From: Paramoeba atlantica
Lineage: Eukaryota > Protista > Discosea
DNA length: 64,000 nt
Direction: 5' to 3'
Assembly: GCA_977017575.1 (NCBI GenBank)
Contig: CDRNVI010000075.1
Span: forward strand, 54,201 to 118,200
Position numbers and translations under genes: made by a program. This document shows positions 52,943 through 64,000 of the stretch, one piece after another. The stretch's first letter is position 1. Each line of letters begins with the position of its first letter. Below the pieces are notes generated by a model. The model did not search any database and was not told the origin of the DNA. It saw nothing but the letters and a program-made list of their open reading frames with translations.

Positions 52943-55900
52943 ATTATTGTACGTGTGCTTCTCTCTAGATTCGTGGGAAGCAATTTGCGAAGCCCAGCTA
53001 CCTTGATAACAAATTTTAGTACCCATTTTGGCCGCGCGGGGGCCCCCGCGTGAGCGGGGGTGCGCGCGGCCGCGAAACGGCGAGGGCCCGCGTGAGCGGG
53101 CCTGAGCCGTACCCCGCGTAGGGTTCCCCTGTGCGTCGTTAGTGGGAAGCAATTTGCGAAGCTCACTGAATTTCGTAGTTTTCGCTACGCAGGCGTTGTC
53201 AACGTATATAGCGAAGTGTAGGATACTGAACGCACGGAAAATGGAAATCAAAAAGAATTCTTGGATGTTCCACAAAAGTCCTTGACTTATGCAAAAGTCT
53301 TTGATTTCCACCGTAAATTTCCGGTCGTTGAGTACTCAACGAATATCCGGCACTTCGTTGAGTACTCAACGAAAATCCTGTGTTTACCCCTTCCGCAGGA
53401 TTGTCGCTCAAAATATGTATATGGATCAGTCAAAAACTCTTCGATGAAGATAAACTGAAGAAACGGTGAAATTCCTCTACGAGCCTTCACAAAACACTTC
53501 GATGAAGCACCAAAAAAGTCAAAATGTCTATATAGATCCGCGAAAAACATTTGCGTGAAGATTTGAAAAAATAAAAAAAAAGTCAAAAACACCTTCGATG
53601 AAGATTCATCGAAAGTGTACAACTTTCAATGTGCTTCATCGAAAGTTGTACACTTTCGATGAAGCTTCATCGAAGGTCCCCCCTACCCGGCAGACCGTAT
53701 GCGCGTTATGGTCGAACGCCACCCCATTGAACACGTACTGTGCTACAGGGGGCTGACCCCGATCTTTGAAAAGACCGTTCGCTTTGTCGCAACGCTCGTC
53801 AATGAACTGAGCGTACGTGATGGCCTCGGAGTCGGTTCCTGCAAACCGAACTCCGTCAACATAAACGTCGATAGCGCCTCGGTGAAACGAGTAGCGCTGA
53901 GAATAAATCGACGCCTCGCCAGCAATCGCGGCGGTAACCGTGTGCATAACCTCCGGTGCACACCTATGGCCCATCGGGAGGACGTTCATCTCATACACGT
54001 CTCCACTGTTCGTTCTAAGGCGGAATTTGGGCCTCGCCCTCTTTGGGATACCAATCTGGTAAAACCCACACGTGAAGTCCCGCTTCACAGCCATCGGCTC
54101 GAATATGGACTATAGCAGCCTTTTCCTCGGACATCTGTCGTGTTACCTTCTCCAAAGCAGCCCGTGTAAGAGGGGATGCTTGTCGACCCGGGATGGTAGC
54201 CCCCCTGCGGATCAAAGTTTTGGAATACATTTCTGTCTGCGTAGTTGATCGTCTCATACGGCGCAAAATGGCGATTAGGTGACGCAAATAGATCAGTTTT
54301 GTCTGGATGGTAGTATGAATACGTACTATATATAGGACTACGCCCTGGTCGGTTAACGGCAACTTCCGACGTACCATATCCGAGACCAATCGTGCCCTCG
54401 TGTCCCAAGTGCATTTTTCCCACATACCCTGTAGGTTGGTGATAATTTCCGGATGAGTAATCCGAAATATTTTTTGTAATATGATTTTTTGCCGATGTTT
54501 CGGGTAGCTTCATCATACCACGTTTGGAAACTCTTCCTGATGTCGAAGATGGGCACTGTTGTCTCTGATGCGATGGGATGCTCGTGTTTGAAAATTTTTG
54601 CTGTATCGATTGGTTCTGGCGATTCGTACTTGATTTTGTTGTCATTGTTCGATTGAGTTTTACTGATCTGGCCCTTTCGTAATTTGCTTTTACTGAGGGA
54701 CTTTGTTTGAGGACGACTTTTTTTGTCTGCGTCTTCTGCACTTTGCCCACTTGATTTGTTTTCAATGAATGCACTACTACTAACTTGCTTTGTTGTTTTT
54801 CTATTTTTTTCTGTATTGCTATTTTTATTGGAAACGGAATACGTACTTTTGGATTTACGCTTTTTTGTAACTGGCTGATATGGGGGTGGACTCTTTTGAG
54901 TCACATTCGATGGCCAGCGCCCCCTCGTGGAAAATCCGAGGACGCTGACGCACTACTGGCGTTGGGAACTGCGCCTGAACTTGGTGTACCATAGCTTCGC
55001 CCTTGACTCCGACCTCGAGAACGTGAAAAGTAGCCAAGCCCGCGCGATGTTCCCCGACTGTAGGGTCCTTGTCGACGTTTCTGCACGTTAATACTGTGGT
55101 GTATTCCATTTCCAATGACGTCTTCCGGATCGTTTTGAGCTTGATAAATCATTCGGAGGTAATTGGGGTCCGCACCACGATAAACTCCTTGTTGCATACG
55201 AAGGTCGTCGAGAGCACGTTGTCCAGTCCGGACTTGGGGCACGTTTTCCTGGTCGATTCCGCCTCTTCCTTTCATGTCGTTCATCCACTCTACAAGCACT
55301 TCCCACATTGGACGCAAATTGTTTGGCAACGGTGAAGGCAGCGCTAGAGCAGTTTGTACGCGTATAATCAAGAAATCAACACCAAATTCGCTGTTTGTCA
55401 TTAAATATTTGTTCCAAGTCCGAACATCTCTAATCTTAAAGTCATCTTGATCATTTGGAGTTGATTCGGTGTTGTCAACAGCTTGCTCTAACCGATCAGG
55501 CATCGCTGGTTCACTTTGAACAATTTCAATACGTGTGTACTTGACTTTAGGATTCGGCAACTTGTAGTTTCCAGAAAGATAACTTACGGTAATACTTTTC
55601 CCTTCTTCCTCGCGAACAAAACTACCCACCTAGAAGGAAAAAGAATAGAAAAATATTCTGTAAAAAAATAATATGCTATTTTGTAATTCGTCACTACGAA
55701 GGTAATAAAGGCCAGGGGGGGCATTCGATGAAAATTCATCGAACGCACCGTGCGTTCGATGAATATTCATTGAACGGCGTCCCGTTCGATGACCAGGCGT
55801 CCCGTTCGATGAATATTCATCGAACGGGCAGTGCGTTCGATGAATCATTCATCCAACGGGCACTGCTGCACGAATTTTTCGTCTCGATTTTTTTTGGGGG

Positions 55901-56274
55901 GAATTTGAACATTACCATCTCGTTTACATGTCTGGAGGCAAGGCCCAACTGTCAGCGAAGCCCAAGTGTGCAAGCAAGGCCCCCGTCTGCGAGCAAGGCC
56001 CAACTGTGAGCGTAGCCCGCTTCTGGAGGCAAAAGCCCCCCTTTGCGAGCAAGGCCCAACTGTGAGCGTAGCCCTGGGACATAATTATATTTTTTGGCGA
56101 CCCGCGCGCTCCATGCGGAGGTGGTGTATATTAGCACGGCGGGCGGATGAGTTGGCATCACGGCCTTCTTTTTCCATCGGGCACGAGGGAGCGGCAAAAT
56201 CTCAGGAGCTACTCCTGATTCTTTTGCTTTGGAGCGTGTGAACACTCCCATGAAAGGTAAAAAAAGTAAATAAT

Positions 56275-56310
56275 CAACAAGGTACAGAAACTGTATCTTT
56301 ATCGTTAAAG
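56275..56310 (-). other. SL-like 36-mer (array 2 copy)
   Basis: Same context as 16570-16605. Confidence 0.85.
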
Positions 56311-57466
56311 ATTATTGTACGTGTGCTTCTCTCTAGATTCGTGGGAAGCAATTTGCGAAGCCCAGCTACCTTGATAACAAATTTTAGTACCCATTTTGGC
56401 CGCGCGGGGGCCCCCGCGTGAGCGGGGGTGCGCGCGGCCGCGAAACGGCGAGGGCCCGCGTGAGCGGGCCTGAGCCGTACCCCGCGTAGGATTCCCCTGT
56501 GCGTCGTTAGTGGGAAGCAATTTGCGAAGCTCACTGAATTTCGTAGTTTTCGCTACGGAGGCGTTGTCAACGTATGTAGTGAAGTGTAGGATACTGAACG
56601 CACGGAAAAGGAAAATCAAAAAAAAATCTTGGGTGTTCCACAAAAGTCCTTGACTTCCACCGTAAATTTCCGTTCGTTGAGAACTCAACGAATATCCGGC
56701 ACTTCGTTGAGTACTCAACGAAAATCCTGTGTTTACCCCTTCCGCAGGATTGTCGCTCAAAATATGTATATGGATCAGTCAAAAACTCTTCGATGAAGAT
56801 AAACTGAAGAAACGGTGAAATTCCTCTACGAGCCTTCACAAAACACTTCGATGAAGCACCAAAAAAGTCAAAATGTCTATATAGATCCGCGAAAAACATT
56901 TGCGTGAAGATTTGAAAAAATAAAAAAAAGTCAAAAACACCTTCGATGAAGATTCATCGAAAGTGTACAACTTTCAATGTGCTTCATCGAAAGTTGTACA
57001 CTTTCGATGAAGCTTCATCGAAGGTCCCCCCTACCCGGCAGACCGTATGCGCGTTATGGTCGAACGCCACCCCATTGAACACGTACTGTGCTACAGGGGG
57101 CTGACCCCGATCTTTGAAAAGACCGTTCGCTTTGTCGCAACGCTCGTCAATGAACTGAGCGTACGTGATGGCCTCGGAGTCGGTTCCTGCAAACCGAACT
57201 CCGTCAACATAAACGTCGATAGCGCCTCGGTGAAACGAGTAGCGCTGAGAATAAATCGACGCCTCGCCAGCAATCGCGGCGGTAACCGTGTGCATAACCT
57301 CCGGTGCACACCTATGGCCCATCGGGAGGACGTTCATCTCATACACGTCTCCACTGTTCGTTCTAAGGCGGAATTTGGGCCTCGCCCTCTTTGGGATACC
57401 AATCTGGTAAAACCCACACGTGAAGTCCCGCTTCACAGCCATCGGCTCGTGCGCCTTATGAAGGTA

Positions 57467-57776
57467 CTGTATACCCCCCCAGTAATAGACCCCCCCAGTA
57501 ACAAAGAGTTGACCATTTTTTGGGCTGACCCCCAGTAACATAGATTTGGTTCGAGGGTGGGTGGAGGGGGGAGGGGGTGTTTGAGCGGGTGGGGGTCGCT
57601 GGGCTGGGTGAGGGTGGCTGCGCGGGAGCGAATGGCGTAGTTGCGGGGTTGTCTGGACAGCAAATCAATGCACCCATGTGCAAAAAAGGTCTTTTCTCAC
57701 CAAAAAAGCGTACCCCCCAGTAACAGAGATTTGGCCATTTGGGTCCAAAATCGATTCTATTACTGGGGGGTATACG
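57467..57776. mobile_element. 310-bp MITE, TIR C(T)GTATACCCCCCCAGTAATAGA, 3-bp TSD GTA
   Basis: Internal CCCCAGTAA repeats. Removal restores PLYHPSKYLHKAHEPMAVKRD, the same length as PIDQPGSYAESVRSSCAVKRD in 31903-34749. Confidence 0.8.
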
Positions 57777-57985
57777 GTATTTGGAGGGATGATATAAAGG
57801 GACCTTTGGTTTATATCCTTTAAGTCTGTCATCGTCGTCCCGTGTCCACGAAATAAACCTGCGCTGATTGCCCTCATCATCGGTCTCCACAACCGTGAAG
57901 TGATTCGCGGTGGTTCCCTTCGCCTGGCAATACTCGCTCAGACCGAGCCACAATCGCGCCCTTGTGGCCCACGTGGCCGTCGCCC
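57777..57985 (-). pseudogene. RT N-terminal piece fused to a YR N-terminal piece
   Basis: ATWATRARLW (YR-like) joined to FTVVETDDEGNQRRFISW (RT-like). Confidence 0.7.
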
Positions 57986-57987
57986 AA

Positions 57988-58245
57988 TTTTTCGGCGAAA
58001 ATTGCGAAATTGTAACCTGAATTTGGGCCGTTTTTGATGCCTTACCAATAGGGGTAGGAGGCGAATCTGACAAGAAACACGTTGTAGAATGGTAACTGAG
58101 GTCCGAAACTCTTAAACTACGTTTTAGTACTCGATTTTGGAAAAATAATACTTTTACTTTTCTTAGGTCAAGATTATTATTTTTTTGGTCACCACAAGAA
58201 TTTCGGAAATTTTGACCTTGTCGGACCCCTCGTGCGCATACCAGG
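57988..58245. repeat. Diverged ~260-nt repeat, second copy 63638-63895
   Basis: Clear alignment by eye (TTTTTGATGCCTTACCA.TAGGGGTAGGAGGC...TTGTCGGACCCCTC); probably units of an older ~0.7-kb repeat that YR element 5 inserted into. Confidence 0.75.
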
Positions 58246-58521
58246 GGGGGGGTACCCCTAGGGGGGGGGGAATTATCGCCGCGGCCTACTCTACCACTTC
58301 CCTGCGCTCGATTTTGAATATAAGTTTACGATAAGAAATTTAGGAGACTTTATATTGTTGATATGCAGATGGTGCCCCGAAAGGGGTCTAAACTGTTTTC
58401 AAATTCTACCCCGAAATGGGTCTAAACTATTTATCTATGTACCAGGGATAGATTGAGGTAATTATAAATATACTGTATATTAGTGACATTTCCTCCTATA
58501 AACAACAAAAACGTTTTTTCC

Positions 58522-59559
58522 ATGGCAGGTATTTTGAATACCGTGCGCCGAACACTCTCTATGGGCAGACAGGACAGTCCTCCACCAGTTGATGCTAAAG
58601 ACCCTGTGAGCCCATCTCTCCGACAAGGACGGGACCAGAGAAACACCCTGAACCCCGAGCAAGTGGCGGCTTTGCTTCGAGGTGGGGATGGCGCGGAGGC
58701 CATGTCAGAGGAATCGAAGATGGAGTTTGCTGCTAAAGTTAAATCTTTAGTAGCTCGAGGGTACCAGGTATCTGTTGAGGCCGTGTGGGGCCATGTAGGG
58801 GAAACTCATCGTCAAACGGTAGAGGGTAACATTTCTCTTAAGGGCGATGGATCGGGGTCCCTGGAGGCGAAGTGGTCTGACGAGCCAGGTATGACATACG
58901 ATTTCCCTTTCCCGGATATTAATTACTATTCCCTAGAGATCTCTAGTGTCCGAGCAGTCATGCCAGGGGGGCGGAAGACTGAAGATGGGCAAGCAACACC
59001 GCAGCTTGTGACTGACCCCGCCAAGTTCACGACTTATGAACCGTTGACCTGGGGGCCCTGGCTTAAATCCGAAGATGAGCTGCGCGTGAGGGATCTCATC
59101 CGAGATCTTAGGGCGGCACCGGAGTTTGGCTTGTTATTTCACCCCCCGCCCATCCGCGAGCGTCTCTTTAAGATTATTCAGGATTGGGTGTATGCCGCTC
59201 GTATGTACCCAATGTGGCGTGAGGAGTATTTTCTGAGCATTGTCCAAACAGCAATCGAAGAACTACGGAACCATTACTGGGCATCTCAAGGCATTCCGAT
59301 TGAAAATCTCCAGTTAAAGCTGCATAAGGACGACGACGCTAAGGACGCGTATACGAAGGCTGTCGCAGACGAGAAACTTCGACAGCTGCGTACTCCCAAG
59401 GGGCCGGCCAAGCCTGCATTACTCTGCTACAAATGCCACAAGCCGGGTCACATCCGTGCGTACTGTCCGACCTTAAATCAAGCCCAGCAACGCAGCTTCG
59501 CCACGGGTTTTCGCTCGGGGGTGACGAGCGGCACCGCTGGTGCAAAGAGGGGCCAATAG
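58522..59559 (+). CDS. gag-like ORF with CCHC knuckle
   Basis: MAGILNTVRR...CYKCHKPGHIRAYC; ATG 7 nt after A1. Confidence 0.9.
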   Translation: MAGILNTVRRTLSMGRQDSPPPVDAKDPVSPSLRQGRDQRNTLNPEQVAALLRGGDGAEAMSEESKMEFAAKVKSLVARGYQVSVEAVWGHVGETHRQTVEGNISLKGDGSGSLEAKWSDEPGMTYDFPFPDINYYSLEISSVRAVMPGGRKTEDGQATPQLVTDPAKFTTYEPLTWGPWLKSEDELRVRDLIRDLRAAPEFGLLFHPPPIRERLFKIIQDWVYAARMYPMWREEYFLSIVQTAIEELRNHYWASQGIPIENLQLKLHKDDDAKDAYTKAVADEKLRQLRTPKGPAKPALLCYKCHKPGHIRAYCPTLNQAQQRSFATGFRSGVTSGTAGAKRGQ

Positions 59560-59613
59560 GGAAGGCCCCCCACCCCTTATCTCGCTCGTGCCCGACCGTT
59601 TGTCAAACGGAGG

Positions 59614-60711
59614 GTGAAAAAACCAGGCTTTTTTGCACGTGCCCAGCTGCCGAAAACGCGGCGGGTGAACTTTTCAAACAGTTCTTGGCCTTCATCCGGG
59701 AATACGGATGTAAGTGTTCCGACCATTATACGGTCTGTAGTCCACGCGCCGAAGCGGGAGCGTCCAAATCCCGATCCTCGCGACGTCGTCGGAAGCGAAA
59801 ACATGAACGAACTGCAAGCAAAACGCAGACTGACATGCACTTTGTTGGGACTGGAACCGAGAATGCCGGTAGTCGAACCGATATGCCGCGCGATAGACCC
59901 CATGTGGACGACAGCCACCTGGATGACACGAAGTCGGTTGTGGGATCGACTGGCCCGCTTTTGCAACGCGGGAAACGCCCCCCTCGAACCCCTACACGCT
60001 GTAGTGTTCCTCGATCAGCTGAATCTTGCACCCGCAACACTTCTCGCATATGCACGAAGCCTCCAATCGATATTTAACCTCGCCCACAAACCCACAGGAC
60101 CTCTACAGCTATACGCGAAAGCATTGCAAGCAAAGGGAGCGCTAGAACCAACCCGCCAAATGGAGCCCGCAACCCCATGGCATATCAGAAAGTTGCGCGC
60201 CAAACTCATACCAAGGGATTCGATAGCGGTGTTGATCTGTTGGAAAGCCGGGGGCCGATGGACCGAAGTAGCCGAATTGACCAAAGACCGGTTTGTCAAG
60301 GTGGACGACAACGAAGTAATTGTGTATAGGGGGCGGCAAACGAAAACCACACGACTCAACCCGTATCGGTTATCCATGTGCACAACGATAGTGGGTCCAG
60401 GGACTCCAGAGATAGCTCAACACGTCAGGCATATGATTGCAGGGCAGCGCATAAGCGCCACGACAGTACGGGAGATGGATCTCCGAATACGCAAGATTCT
60501 CGGCCCGAAATTCGGAACACATTCCATCAAGCGCGGAGCGGTAACGTACCTGTTTCAGCAGGTTGCTCTAGGAAGACTAACAATATCAGACGTTCAAAAT
60601 CTCGCAAAGCATCAGAACATTACCTCCCTATTACGGTACAACGCAAACCTAGTGACCACCGCGAGAGCGCTCGGTACACAGCGAGCTTCGGCTCTCCTGC
60701 AACTCCAATAA
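59614..60711 (+). CDS. Tyrosine recombinase of YR element 5 (ATG possibly 59803)
   Basis: AGGRW, GTHSIKRGA, AKHQ, LLRY. Confidence 0.9.
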   Translation: MKKPGFFARAQLPKTRRVNFSNSSWPSSGNTDVSVPTIIRSVVHAPKRERPNPDPRDVVGSENMNELQAKRRLTCTLLGLEPRMPVVEPICRAIDPMWTTATWMTRSRLWDRLARFCNAGNAPLEPLHAVVFLDQLNLAPATLLAYARSLQSIFNLAHKPTGPLQLYAKALQAKGALEPTRQMEPATPWHIRKLRAKLIPRDSIAVLICWKAGGRWTEVAELTKDRFVKVDDNEVIVYRGRQTKTTRLNPYRLSMCTTIVGPGTPEIAQHVRHMIAGQRISATTVREMDLRIRKILGPKFGTHSIKRGAVTYLFQQVALGRLTISDVQNLAKHQNITSLLRYNANLVTTARALGTQRASALLQLQ

Positions 60712-61781
60712 CACAAGCTGATGTAGATAAGTGCCTCGAGCAGGTCCCACATGTTAAGCGGTATAGCATTATTTGTGCAAGGAGAACTTCGCGCTTAGCT
60801 AAGGCGCAGGACATGCATCACCCCTTACATCTTAAGACGGGAATTCCTACTATAGAACTGGATAAAGTTAAGTCTTGGATGAGGAATGACACGCGAAGCC
60901 GACTAGAGCGCATTATGAATAAAATGTTTTGCACCAAAGTGCGGAAATTCCCGCTGTAGAATTTCTCCCGCTGTAGAGAAGCTAATGGAGCCTTTAAGGA
61001 GCATGGCTCACCCCCGGAACTGGAGTATGTGTTTAATGGCGTAAACTACGATCATATAGTGCACAAGGTCAGCCTGGGACCTCGAGTACTACTGAAGTTA
61101 CGTCGTGATCGATTTAACACTATTACGTACGCCCAATTGGAGACGGCGGTGGGGCGTCTCCTCTACGCCTCAGTAGTCCTTGGGTATGTTATTCCGCGTT
61201 TTCATTTTACGCTCAAAATTGCGAGGCGCCGTATTAATATGTTAAACCGAAATCTTCACCTAGCGGATAAGCCGGTACCTCTTCCTAAACCCACGAGATG
61301 CATCCTAGCCGATTGGCGGGACGAAGTGCTAAAGAATATACCCATTGAACCACCTCCGCACCCAGACGTCGTGCCCCATACGCACCGCCTATATACCGAC
61401 GCATCGAGCAAAGGGTGGGGAGCAGTGCTATATCTCGATGACGGGGGGGTACAGATTACAGGTGACTCTTGGCCCAAAGAATTTAAATATGAGGTAAATC
61501 ATGCCGAGGCCATGGCCGTAACCAATGCTTTGAAGGACTTCAAACATCACTTTGAGAAGGGGACGTGTATTGACTTATACATAGATAACACGTCTTGTCA
61601 GGGCGCCATTAATAAACGTATGGCGAATTCCGATAATATCGCTAGCGAACTGAAGAAAGTTTTACTGATGAATCAGAATCAAGGGATTTGCATCAAAGCG
61701 CGATACATACGGTCCGAAGACAACCCAGCAGATCCCGTGAGTCGTTTAGATAGCCATACAAAATTTCATAATCTACAATAA
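60378..61781 (+). pseudogene. RT N-terminal region and RNase H of YR element 5, joined across a deletion of the RT core
   Basis: RRTSRLAKAQDMHHPLHLK..., then the 60949-60977 duplication, then ANGAFKE..YVFNGV..YTDASSKGWG..YIDNT..DNPADPVSR. Confidence 0.85.
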
Positions 61782-61849
61782 TTGGTCAGCCGCCACTGAC
61801 TGATTGTTGCCGAAAATAGTTTTTACCAAAAAAAAAAAAAGAAACCTCA

Positions 61850-62260
61850 GGTGGAACACTTTCGCAAGGGGGGGCGTTACAGCAAATACTAACAAGTCTG
61901 AACGTCACCCTCATGCGCTCCCAGGCGCGTATGCTCGTTCTTCGCCTCCCCTCGGCGAACACAGGCCCTGCACTTGTGGGGTATGGCAAAGAAGAGTAAG
62001 GAAAACTTCTGGCCTGGATGTTGGTCGAGTCGACAGAGTCTATGCTCACGCCTAGCCCGCGAGGGCTAGGTACCCCAAGTGAGGTAGCACACGGGAAGTG
62101 AATCTCCTCCCCGTCGACCAGCATCCTGTTTCGCGACCGTGTCGCTGTCGACACAGGCCCGCGCCTGCGCCCTCCCGTATAACAAGGGAAGGGTTCACAA
62201 GTCAGGCCGTGGAGAGGTCGAAAGACCCGGTCCGGAACGCGCGAATGGATTGGGCGTGGA
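61850..62260 (+). ncRNA. Candidate structured RNA in the 3' UTR of YR element 5
   Basis: Helix 62016-62028/62114-62126, hairpins CCTAGCCC-GCGA-GGGCTAGG, GTGTCG-CTGT-CGACAC and GGTC-GAAA-GACC. No family recognised. Confidence 0.45.
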
Positions 62261-63484
62261 TTGCTTGTTTTTATTATTATTATTATTATTGTTATTATAC
62301 TTACGGGAGATCGAATTGCTAGTTTTGGGCTCCAAAATATGAAATTGCTAAAAAAAAAACTACTATATATACGTTCTTTAGTTATTCATGCACACGTGTA
62401 CGACGAGGACACGTGTTTGACGAGTGAAAGGGTGCTGTACTGTGGTTAGTTGCGTTGGGTTGTCGTGAGGGGATGGGAGGGAGAGTGAGGGAGTGAAGGG
62501 TGCGAGGAGAGTGGAGGTGTGTAACGAGACTTGGTGTGCGTGGTGACATGCGAACGGGTTGGTTCGCGACGTGGTGGGCATAACGCCCGTTCGTAAGTTA
62601 CAGGGAATGTTTGCTAGGTTAAAGAGCTCTATTTTGTGATACTTGTGATACTTAGTATATTTTATTGATTACAAAGGAAATGGGTATAGCGGGATAAATC
62701 TTCTATTTATACATGGGAAATATTGATTTCTTTGTTTACCTTATTTTACGAAGTTTATGGCAGAAGAAAGGGTCCGTTGATTTCTATAAGTTTACGATAA
62801 GAAATTTAGGAGACTTTATATTGTTGATATGCAGATGGTGCCCCGAAAGGGGTCTAAACTGTTTTCAAATTCTACCCCGAAATGGGTCTAAACTATTTAT
62901 CTATGTACCAGGGATAGATTGAGGTAATTATAAATATACTGTATATTAGTGACATTTCCTCCTATAAACAACAAAAACGTGCCCACCCACCCAACCCCCA
63001 ACCATTTCGCGACGTGGTGGGCATAACGCCCGTTCGTAAGTTACAGGGAATGTTTGCTAGGTTAAAGAGCTCTATTTTGTGATACTTGTGATACTTAGTA
63101 TATTTTATTGATTACAAAGGAAATGGGTATAGCGGGATAAATCTTCTATTTATACATGGGAAATATTGATTTCTTTGTTTACCTTATTTTACGAAGTTTA
63201 TGGCAGAAGAAAGGGTCCGTTGATTTCAAGCAAAAAATTCAAAAAAAAATCTTGACGTATGCCCACCCCCAAGGACCCCCCCCCCTGTACCCCCCCATGG
63301 ACTCCCCCCTAGACCCGCCATTTTTTTCAATTCTTTTTTTTCATTTTTGGACCACCGGGGCCCCCTTTTATATTTTTTTCTCCTATTATATTACTGTGTT
63401 TCTCTTTATATTTTCACTGTTTTTGTTCACTTTTTTTGCAATAATCGAGGGTAGAGCGGTTGTTATACAACCATCGCAATTTTA

Positions 63485-63576
63485 GGCTCTTCGTTAAACG
63501 CGGTGGTTGTTTTCAACTTAGTCACTCATGCTGCGCGCTTCGCGTTGAAAACTACTATCGCGTTTAACGAAGAGCC
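63485..63576. mobile_element. 92-bp hairpin MITE flanked by TA
   Basis: GGCTCTTCGTTAAACGCG...CGCGTTTAACGAAGAGCC perfect inverted repeat, inner GTTTTCAAC/GTTGAAAAC. Confidence 0.7.
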
Positions 63577-64000
63577 TAAAAAAGAAAAATCGCCAAAAGA
63601 TCATGAATAATCTATTTTTTTAGGTGAAAAAGCGCGATTTTTCGGCAAAAATTGCGAAATTTCAACCCAAATTTGGACCGTTTTTGATGCCTTACCAGTA
63701 GGGGTAGGAGGCTTATCTGTCGAAACAAACGCCGTAGAATGGTAGCTGAGGTCCAAAACTCTTTAAATACGTTTTAGGACACGATTTTGGAAAAATAATT
63801 TTCTTACTTTTTTTTGGGTTAAAAAAAAATTTTTTGCTCACCCAAAAATTTCGGAATTTTTCACTTTGTCGGACCCCTCCCGCGCGTACCAGGGGCTACC
63901 GCGCGTCCAGGGGCTCGGTTTCGAAAATCAAGATTTTGAAAATTTCAAACAACGACGTATGCCCCCCCCGGGATCCCCCCCTGGACCCGCCCTCTGGACC

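Larger units (their letters stand above)
49704..57449. repeat. Tandem array, period ~3367 nt (last interval 3348), ~2.3 units
   Basis: Right TIR recurs at 50321, 53688 and 57036. Each unit holds MITE part, RT fragment, truncated YR, gag, variant TIR and SL relic. Confidence 0.93.
58319..63227 (+). mobile_element. YR retrotransposon 5 with split direct repeats, RT core deleted
   Basis: A1 58319-58514 = A2 62785-62980 (196 nt); B1 62563-62784 = B2 63006-63227 (222 nt); ends TATAAGTTTACG...CGTTGATTTC. Confidence 0.92.

Noticed and set aside
58366-58395. Hammerhead ribozyme (CAGATGGT-stem-CTAAAC)
   Set aside because: Invariant CUGANGA and GAAA core positions are altered, and related A repeats lack the motif.
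364-63485. The many 60-200-aa ORFs antisense to or overlapping TE ORFs
   Set aside because: Shadow frames of RT, YR and gag sequence or low-complexity repeats, with no independent motif.

Overview
No host housekeeping gene is recognisable in this 64 kb; it is a deeply nested transposon cluster. The host is inferred to be a euglenozoan (kinetoplastid/diplonemid-like), from a spliced-leader (SL)-like 36-mer, CRE/SLACS-like elements and VIPER/TATE-order elements. Contents: (1) CRE/SLACS-like non-LTR retrotransposons (RT + Zn finger + restriction-like endonuclease), two near full-length (35215-38604, 43641-46568), one split into five in-frame pieces (6300-28074), and many fragments. (2) At least five tyrosine-recombinase (YR) retrotransposons with gag-YR-RT/RNase H order and split direct repeats (A1...B1-A2-B2), with exact ends and, where the host could be rebuilt, no target duplication. 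(3) A GG-terminated TIR family with 8-9 bp TSDs (Merlin-like), as a 665-bp MITE and as a 12.1-kb composite holding a 3761-bp tandem array of captured gag genes. (4) A second tandem array of about 3.37 kb. (5) A truncated RNase H-bearing LINE, and two further small MITEs. (6) Eight SL relics in four independent contexts, each running into a short UTR and an ATG rather than a GT donor, i.e. re-integrated cDNAs of trans-spliced RNAs, one with poly(A) and TSD. All calls come from reading the sequence and ORF track by eye; no database search was run.
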